Source of the DNA: an uncultured Chloroflexia bacterium | GTDB lineage: Bacteria; Chloroflexota; Limnocylindria; Limnocylindrales; CSP1-4 | Length of the DNA stretch: 64,000 nucleotides | Direction of reading: 5' to 3' | NCBI GenBank assembly: GCA_963748625.1 | Contig: CAVVJT010000003.1 | Span: 96,001-160,000 of the forward strand | Part shown: positions 56,598 to 64,000 of the stretch, piece by piece | Position numbering within the stretch: the first letter of the stretch is position 1 | Layout of the letters: each line of letters begins with the position of its first letter | Position numbers and translations under genes: made by a program | Notes under the pieces: generated by a model | What the model was told of the DNA's origin: nothing | The model's database searches: none | Seen by the model: only the letters and a program-made list of their open reading frames with translations

Positions 56598-57881
56598 TCA
56601 GGCCCCGGCCGGCGGGACCGGTTCGCGTTGCGCCTGCGCACCACGTGTCGCACGTGCCGGGTGGAGGCGGCCCGGGGCCAGCGTCCAGGAGACCGGGATC
56701 ATCGCCGCAGCGATCGCCACCAGCAGCCAGAGGCTGGCCGCGAAGTCCCCCGTCGCGTCCCTCACGGCACCCAGCGCGAACGGCGCGACCGAGGCGAGCA
56801 GATAGCCCACCAGGAACATCATCGCCGCGGCGCCACCGGTCTCGCGGGGACCATCGGCGATGTCGGTCGGCAGGGTGAGCACCAGGGTGAAGGTGGTCCC
56901 GAGGCCGACGCCCATAAGCGTCGCCCACAGGAGGGCGGGATCCGGGACGAGGACGACGCCCAGCAGGCCGGTGGTCGCCAGCACCGCGGCCCCCACCAGG
57001 AGCGAGCGGCGGGACACGCCACGGTGCGAGGCCCACGGAACGAGCAGGTTGCCGCTCAGGCTGGTGACGCTCACAAGCGTGAGGAGCAGCGCGGCGATGG
57101 CCGGGTCCCAGCCCCGCTCGATGTACACGCTCGCGAGCCACGCCATGACCCCGTAGTAGAGCCAGGACTGCATCCCGAAGAGCAGCCCGATCACCCAGGC
57201 GATGACGCGGCGCACGGGCAGTTGCGGGCGCACGAAGCGCGGTTCGGGAACCGAGGCCTCAGCGGGGTTCGGCTGCGGCAGGCCTCCCGCGGGGTGCGGG
57301 CGGCTCGTGCGGACCATGAGCACCCACGCGACCACCGCCGGCACGGACGCGACGGAGAGCGCGAGCAGGGAGCCCCGCCAGCCGCCGAGCGCGGTCTCGA
57401 GCGGGACCGCGAGCGTGCTCGCGATGGCGGCGCCGATCGTGATCCCGGCCGCATAGGCCGCGGTGCCCGCCACCATGCGCAGCGGCAGGCGCGAGCGCAC
57501 GTACATCGGCAGGATCGGCCCCACGACGGACGTACCGATGCCCACCCCCACGGTCAGCACGAGCAGGAGGCTCGCGTCACCCGCGAACGGGCGCAGCAGC
57601 GCGAACAGGAGCAGCAGCCCGACGCTGACGGTGATGCCCGAGCGCACGCCCGTGAACCGGGTCAGGCCGGGCCCGAACGGCGCGAACAGGCCCATGCACA
57701 GGACCGGGATCGTGGTCAGCAGGCCGACGAAGGCGTACGTGACGCCCAGGTCCGAGATGATCCCGGGCGCGAGCGGACCCACCGCCGAGAGTTGCGGACG
57801 CAAGGTGAGGGCGACGACGAGGAGCGCGGCAAGGGGGACCGCCTGGGCACGCGCTCCGGCGGGTCGGTTCGGGGAGGTCAA
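56598..57881 (-). CDS. MFS transporter (CynX/NimT-like)
   Basis: ALTLRP, GLLTTIPVLCMG, FGMQS, GAVRDATG. Confidence 0.9.
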   Translation of the reverse strand: MTSPNRPAGARAQAVPLAALLVVALTLRPQLSAVGPLAPGIISDLGVTYAFVGLLTTIPVLCMGLFAPFGPGLTRFTGVRSGITVSVGLLLLFALLRPFAGDASLLLVLTVGVGIGTSVVGPILPMYVRSRLPLRMVAGTAAYAAGITIGAAIASTLAVPLETALGGWRGSLLALSVASVPAVVAWVLMVRTSRPHPAGGLPQPNPAEASVPEPRFVRPQLPVRRVIAWVIGLLFGMQSWLYYGVMAWLASVYIERGWDPAIAALLLTLVSVTSLSGNLLVPWASHRGVSRRSLLVGAAVLATTGLLGVVLVPDPALLWATLMGVGLGTTFTLVLTLPTDIADGPRETGGAAAMMFLVGYLLASVAPFALGAVRDATGDFAASLWLLVAIAAAMIPVSWTLAPGRLHPARATRGAQAQREPVPPAGA

Positions 57882-57961
57882 GCCCCAAGCATGCCAGAGG
57901 TCCGGTCAGGACCCGTCCAGTAGGGATTGACGACGCCCTGCCGCAGGCCGACGATGACGGC

Positions 57962-58276
57962 ATGGACGAGGATCGGGCGATTCCTGACGAGACGGCGCCG
58001 CAAGAGAAGGCCCCGCCGGACGACGAGGCGGCGCAGGACGACGAGTTGACGCCCGTCGAGGAGCCGACGCCTGAGGATGTCGACGACTTCGACGCCCGTG
58101 AGGCGGCACGCATCCACCGGCGCGACCACGATGCGGAGGCCCACCGGCGCGAGCTCATGCGCCCCGGCATGGGCAAGGTGTTCAAGCAGATCACCGACTC
58201 CTGGGCGAAGGAGGCTCCTCCCGATCATGATCGTGCGCGGAAGGGGGCTCCAAGGGGCGACGATCGGCCACGGTAG
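57962..58276 (+). CDS. small acidic hypothetical protein
   Basis: 104-aa ORF, D/E-rich N-terminus, coding-like codon usage. Confidence 0.55.
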   Translation: MDEDRAIPDETAPQEKAPPDDEAAQDDELTPVEEPTPEDVDDFDAREAARIHRRDHDAEAHRRELMRPGMGKVFKQITDSWAKEAPPDHDRARKGAPRGDDRPR

Positions 58277-58663
58277 CCGCCGAGGCCGCGTGCGTCGCCC
58301 GTTGTTGGTCCGTTCAACACAGCGCCGCGATGACGCGTGTCGTCACCACTGCAGCCGCGGGGCTCGGCGCTGGCATGGGCCGGGCGGCTACCGTGCGCCC
58401 ACGAGGTCGGCGATCGTCGAGTAGACGTCCCTGGCATACGCGGTCGGGGGCGAGCCCCAGGAGAGGCAGTTGCCGAACCTCTCCGCCCTTCCGATCCCCT
58501 TGAAGTAGAGATCCGCCATCAACCACCGGTCCTGGCCCATGGGGGAAGCGACCATCAGCGGGGCCGGTGCCGATGCGTGTCGCCCGACGGAGTCCCTCTC
58601 CGTTCATCGGACGACCACGATGGCGTCCGGACAGGCCCGCGGGAGGCCGGACGTCCGCCATCT

Positions 58664-60091
58664 TCATCGAGCCGGGACACGCGTGACCATCGTGACTCCA
58701 TCGCCCATCAGTGTCGTGACGAGGCTCCCGTCCGGGGCCACCGCACCGACCTGGTAGATGTCCGCATCTCCGGGCACCGCCTCCCCGATCTCCTCGCCGT
58801 CGACCCCGAGGTGGTGGATGAGGAACGCTGTCCCGTTGGCTCGCTCGATGATCCAGATGCTGCCGTCCGGAGCGACCGGAAGCGGAGCCGTGCCGAGCCC
58901 GTTGACGGGGAAGTCCTCGGTCTTGACGGGCCAGCCCGGGAGGGGTCTCGCATCGGGGCCGTACGCAACGACCAGGCCCGGCCGGGCATCGACGACCTTG
59001 CCGTCCGCCGGCGACCAGCCACCGGAGCCGTAGGCGACGTACACGACGCCGTCACCGGCGACTCCGGGATAGGTGGATAGGCCGCCCGTTCCCGCGGCCT
59101 TGACCGCGTCGCCGGAAGCCAACCCGTCGGCACGGAGCGGCGTGACCGTCGTCGGGTTCGTCGTCATCCACTCGCCGACCTGGAACAGGAGCAGGCCATC
59201 ACCCGCCGGTGCGAGATACGCGAAGCGACCCTTCTTCGTTGCGGGTTGCTGCCAGCCGGGAACGGGTGATCCATCGGGACCATAGGCAGTGATCGACTCC
59301 GCGTTGACCGTCGTGATGCCCTCGCTGTAACTGTGCACGGAGACGTAGAGCGGCCCGTCCCAGGTGCGCGGCAGCGGCCCGACAAACGCACTCATCTGGA
59401 GATCGAGCGGCCAGCCGGGGACGCTCGCTCCGTCGGCTGCCAGCCGCTCGACGGTGGAGGCCTCGCGGGACCGCCGATGCACGAATGCAATGTCGTTGCC
59501 CACGAGCACGGGGGCGGAGGCGAGATAGTCGCCCTCGATGGTGACCGGCCAGCCCTCGACGACGGTGCCATCCGGCGCAAGGCGGTAGACGACCACCGAT
59601 TGCGGAATCTCCTTCTGGGCATGCGGGTCCGGGCCGATCGTGAGGTAGACGCTGCCGTCATCTGCCGCCAGGGCCGCGCTGACGACGTGGTCGGCCGGGA
59701 TCGCCGGTCCGGTCCAGTCCGCCCGGGGCGCGCCGCTCGCGTCGAGGGCGACGAGTTGGACTTCGCCACGCTCGCCATTCGCGCCCACCGTGAACATCTC
59801 GAGGTAGGTCGTGTCGTCGGCGCCGATGACGAGGACCGTGGCGGTGCGGCCATCGGGCACCTGCCAGTCTGCCCACGTCGGCGCAGGTGTCGCCGTGGGT
59901 GCGGGCTCGGCGGTCGGTGCCGCGGTCGCGGCGGGTACTGCCGACGACGGCGCGACGGCCCCTTGGGTGGGGATCGCGGGCGCACTGGCTGCGACACCAC
60001 CCGTCGTCGCCTCCGGCGCTCCGCCGCATGCTGCCACGATGCAGGTCAACCCCAGCAACAGCGCCTGCATGCCCGTTCGTGCCGTACTCAC
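58664..60091 (-). CDS. lipoprotein with repeated (P/E)GW(P) beta-propeller-like motifs
   Basis: GAGGAGG SD, lipobox VAAC, PT/PA linker, repeats PDG...GWP. Confidence 0.8.
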   Translation of the reverse strand: MSTARTGMQALLLGLTCIVAACGGAPEATTGGVAASAPAIPTQGAVAPSSAVPAATAAPTAEPAPTATPAPTWADWQVPDGRTATVLVIGADDTTYLEMFTVGANGERGEVQLVALDASGAPRADWTGPAIPADHVVSAALAADDGSVYLTIGPDPHAQKEIPQSVVVYRLAPDGTVVEGWPVTIEGDYLASAPVLVGNDIAFVHRRSREASTVERLAADGASVPGWPLDLQMSAFVGPLPRTWDGPLYVSVHSYSEGITTVNAESITAYGPDGSPVPGWQQPATKKGRFAYLAPAGDGLLLFQVGEWMTTNPTTVTPLRADGLASGDAVKAAGTGGLSTYPGVAGDGVVYVAYGSGGWSPADGKVVDARPGLVVAYGPDARPLPGWPVKTEDFPVNGLGTAPLPVAPDGSIWIIERANGTAFLIHHLGVDGEEIGEAVPGDADIYQVGAVAPDGSLVTTLMGDGVTMVTRVPAR

Positions 60092-60167
60092 GCTCCCATC
60101 CCCTCCTCTGCCGTATCGCCTCTCATCGCGACAGTCGCGACCCATGGGCGACTGCGCGTCCGGCCCC

Positions 60168-63100
60168 TCACCGCAGCACCACGATGGCATCGAGGCTGGC
60201 CCTCGGGTGGCTCGTGGTGCCGAGGTTGACGACACGCAGCGTGTGCTTCCCCGCCGTCGACCATGTCTTCGTGAACACGATCCGGCGCCACTGGGTGGAA
60301 CTCGCGTTGAGGTTGACCGTCGTGGCGTACCTGCCGTCGAGATAGACCTTCGCCTTCCCGTACCCGGTGCCCTTGGTGGCCACCCAGGCCACGGTCCGGC
60401 CGGTGAAGGTGTAGGTGGCCGAGGCTCCCTTCGCCTTGGCCATCCGGTAGGAGCCGCCCGAGGCGCTGCTTGCACGACTTGTGCTCCAGGTGCCCCGGTA
60501 GCGGACGGCGCTGCTCGACTGCTGGGTGCGCAGGACCCGGAACGCAGGTCCCGCCTGCGGGGCCGAGGCGTTGCCGGCAGCGTCGAGGGCTCGCACCGAG
60601 AAGCGGTAGGTCCGCGTGGACGAGGGCGCGAGGTTCCGGGTCGCGGGCGGCGTGACCGGGCTGGCGACCACCGTGTAGGCGCCGCCGTTGGTCGACTGCG
60701 CGAGCTCGTAGTGGTCGATGCCGCTGCCGCCTGTATCGCTGCCCGGTCCAGGCGAGCACGACCGGCACGGTGGAGGTGCCCAGCGTCGAGCCCGACCGTG
60801 ACGCTCGCCTTGGGTGCCGTGGCGACCGGGGGCGTCCGGTCGATCGTCACGACGGCCGAGACGATCACGGCCGACGGCATCGTGTTGGCCGCGGCATCGG
60901 CGACCGAGTCGCGGCTCCGAGGACGAGGCCGACGGTCCCTTCGCCGCAGCCGCTTACGGTCGACGGTGTACGAGTGGTCGCCCGTGGCGACCGGCTCCCC
61001 GATCTGGCAGCCGGTCGCGGTGCCGGTGACGGAGAAGTCATCAGCTGGCGAGGCCGCTGACCGCGATCGGGAAGGTCACCGCGAAGCCGACCACCGGCGC
61101 GTTCGTCGGCGCCGTCGGCCCGGCCAGGGAAGGGGCGTCCAGGGCGACCGCGACATAGGTGCCGTCGCCGTCGACCTGCGCCGTCACCATGCCCGCCTCC
61201 ACATCGACCGTGGTCGGAACGGGGACGAGCCCGGGACCTCCGCCGGCGCCGCAGCCGTCTGGCGCATCGGAGCGAGCTGCCGGCGCGTCCTTAACGACGA
61301 CGAACGAGCCACCAAGGGACCCCACGGCGGAGGAGTACGGGAAGGTGAGCGTGGCCGACGTCCCGGTCGCGAGGTTCAGGCCTCCCACCGCGTGCGGGAC
61401 ACCCGCCTGCGTGGCGCCGTCGGGCAGAGCTCACGAGCTTCTGCAGCGCCGAAAGCGTGACCTCGCCCGCGGTCGCCATGGCTCCCCCGCCGATCGTGAG
61501 GCGGCCAAGCCCGGTCAGCGTCTTGATCACGCCGCCGGCGGCATCGATCGGCACGTGGACGGCGGCATCGGCGACCGACCTCGGTGCCTGCCAGTGCTCG
61601 CCGTCATCCTGGCCGACCCAGGAGACCAGGTCGTTGTCGGGCGACAGGCCGTGGAGCAGGCGGTCGATCCCGCGATTGACCACCGGCGCCTCCAGGACGG
61701 CGCCGTGGGAGATCTGGCAGTGGAGGTAGTCGCCGCAGAGGCTTGCCCGCGCAGGACTCGGCCGCGTGGATCTCCCGTGCGTACACATTGGAGCCCGGCG
61801 GCCCGTCCTCGAGGAACTGGGTGCTGTAGAACCCGGACGAGAGGTAGGACTCGTCGCGCAGGTTGCCGACCGAGAGCACCGCGATCCCGGCCGCGCCCGC
61901 AGCCTCGGCCGCGTCCTGGTTGATGACCGGTGCCGTCTGGATCGGATGGGTGTCGTCGTCCCACACCTCAAGCCGGGAGGCCTTGGCGCCCCACGGCCAC
62001 GTCGGCGCGGGATCGGCTATCGTCGCTGCCGTCTGGAGGAAGTCGTCGAAGTCGGCCGGGGTCGGCATCGCCGCACTCCCGCCAGCTCTTGACCGCCGCC
62101 GCCGTCCACGCGGCGAGGTCCACGCCGCCCACCGGACTGTCGAGGCTCACGACGCCGGCCAAGGTCAAGCCGGGGATCGCCGTGACCATGTCCCTGCCAG
62201 TCGCCTGGAGCCAGGCAGGATAGCCGAGCGCGATGACGCCTCCCTGGCTGTGGCCGACGAGGTAGACGTCGACGCCTTCGTGGCCGACGGCGTAGTTCGT
62301 CAGCTCGGTGTGAAGCAGGGCCTCATCGTTCCAGATCGAGTCGAGCGTCTCGCACGAGTCATATGCCCGTCCAAACGTGCGCTGTGACGCGGTTCCGTCC
62401 TTGGCGTAGCTGAAGTCGACGAACACCTCGTTGGGCCACGGCTGTCCGGACGTGGCTGCGTTGGACTGAAGGAATGCCTGGTAGCTGACGTTGTTCCGGG
62501 GCCAGCCCGTGTCGGTCGAGCCCGTGTACCTCGACGTCCAGCCCCGGATGGACACGACCGCGAGCCCCCGGTACCGGTACGTCCCGACCTTGGTGGTCAC
62601 CCCGCCAGCCGTCACGGTCACGTCGAGTTCTGGACCGCCCTTGGCGGACGGCACCTTGCTGGCAGGGGCTGGTACGACGACCGAGAGTCGCGTCGGGCTG
62701 ACCTGGGTGAACGATGTCGCATCCTGGCCGCCGATGGCGACCCTCGTGGCGCCGGCGAGGCCGTCACCGGTGATCGTGACGGTGTTGCCGCCGTTCCAGC
62801 GCCCGCTTGAGGGGGAGACGGCCAAGTCCCCAAGTCCGACGACCAAGACCGGAAGGGTCCGGTCGGTGGTCGTGCCGTCGCCGAGCTGGCCGTAGTAGTT
62901 CCAGCCCCAGCACATGGCGGTGCCGGCGTCGAGGCGGGCGCAGGTGAAAGACCCGCCGGCGGAGATCGCGGTCACGCCGGTCAGGACGCCGGTGTTGCCC
63001 GCGTTCCGGACCGCGACCGGGAGGGACCGGCCGGTGGTCGTGCCGTCGCCGAGCTTGCCCCAGATGTTCTGGCCCCAGCAGGCAGCGGTGCCGGCGTCGA

Positions 63101-64000
63101 GCCGGGCGCAGGTGTGGCCGCTGCCGGCGGAGATCGTGGTCACGCCGGTCAGGACGCCGGTGTTGCCCACGTTCCGGACCGCGACCGGGAGGGACCGGCC
63201 GGTGGTCGTGCCGTCGCCGAGCTGGCCGTAGGTGTTGTCGCCCCAGCAGGTGGCGGTGCCGTCGTCGAGCCGGGCGCAGGTGTGGCTGACGGGACCGGCG
63301 GAGATCGAGGTAACGCCGGTGAGGACGCCGGTGTTGCCCGCGTTCCGGACCGCGACCGGGAGGGATCGGCTGGTGGTCGTGCCGTCGCCGAGCTGGCCGC
63401 TGACATTCCAGCCCCAGCAGGCGGCGGTGCCGGCGTCGAGCCGGGCGCAGGTGTGGCCGTCTTGGGTGGAGATCGCGGTCACGCCGGTGAGGACGCCGGT
63501 GTTGCCCGCGTTCCGGACCGCGACCGGGAGGGACCGGTCGGTCCTCGTGCCGTCACCGAGTTGGCCGTCCCCGTTGTCGCCCCAGCAGGCGGCGGTGCCG
63601 GCGTCGAGTCGGGCGCAGGTGCCGTCGTAGCCGGCGGAGATCGAGGTAACGCCGGTGAGGACGCCGGTGCCGGCGGGGTTGCGCACCGTGACGGGCAGGG
63701 CCCGGTCGGTGGTTGTACCGTCGCCGAGCTGACCGTATTCGTTGTCGCCCCAGCAGACGGCGGTGCCATCGTCGAGGCGGGCGCACGTGTGGCCATAGCC
63801 GCCACCGGTGGAGATGGAGGTCACGCCGGTGAGGACGCCGGTGTTGCCTGCGTTCCGGACCGCGACCGGGAGGGACCGGTCGGTGGTCGTGCCGTCGCCG
63901 AGCTGGCCGCTCCAGTTGTCGCCCCAGCAGGCGGCGGTGCCATCGTCGAGGCGGGCGCAGGTGTGGAGGTATGTCGCTGACACCTGCGTGACGGCCGGCC
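60168..64000 (-). CDS. giant multidomain extracellular protein: RCC1/BLIP-II repeats, IPT/TIG, Ser-hydrolase, Ig/Fn3-like domains; frameshifted and 5'-truncated by the window
   Basis: HTCA...CWGxNxxGQLG repeats; GGNTVTITG; VGHSQGG, SLDSPVGG; IDRTPP; YRFSVRALDAAGN; C-terminal YRGTW...KVYLDG domain. Confidence 0.8.
62850..63983 (-). repeat. seven ~168-bp RCC1 coding repeats
   Basis: GTCGTGCCGTCG-like anchor at 62869, 63037, 63205, 63376, 63544, 63712, 63886. Confidence 0.92.

Noticed and set aside
62850-63983. CRISPR array or diversity-generating retroelement
   Set aside because: Repeats are in-frame 56-58 codon protein repeats; no cas genes, reverse transcriptase or template repeat
1-64000. 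Many long antisense or alternate-frame ORFs (e.g. 3057-5039, 17921-19960, 52085-53968)
   Set aside because: Shadow ORFs expected at high GC; Arg/Pro/Ala-rich, motif-free and overlapping well-supported genes

Overview
High-GC bacterial chromosome segment. The lineage is inferred only: GAAC-N4-GTTC SOS box, widespread leaderless genes and gene style suggest Chloroflexota or a related Gram-positive-type lineage. Core genes: PHP protein, TerC, miaB-miaA-hflX, class A PBP, rocD, a two-component pair and an ABC exporter. Accessory genes: a GtrA-HPr-kinase-like fusion with a GT-C glycosyltransferase, a VapBC-type toxin-antitoxin pair, a divergent GNAT/acyl-CoA-synthetase and AcuC deacetylase pair, PhoX, an AlkZ-like glycosylase, a cNMP/BNR-propeller/MoaD trio, a secreted clan-CD-like protein and a giant RCC1-repeat/lipase protein running off the right end. 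Many genes at about 26-38 kb, 51 kb and 60-62 kb are broken by small frameshifts that look like assembly errors. No rRNA, tRNA, CRISPR array, integrase or transposase was seen. The best unexplained signals are two promoter-driven, end-paired, highly structured non-coding segments (6438-6556 and about 55346-55605), a dispersed ~125-bp inverted-repeat element (43185 and 55073) and a small orphan gene under an SOS box (45935). All family calls are from motif recognition by eye; no database searches were run.
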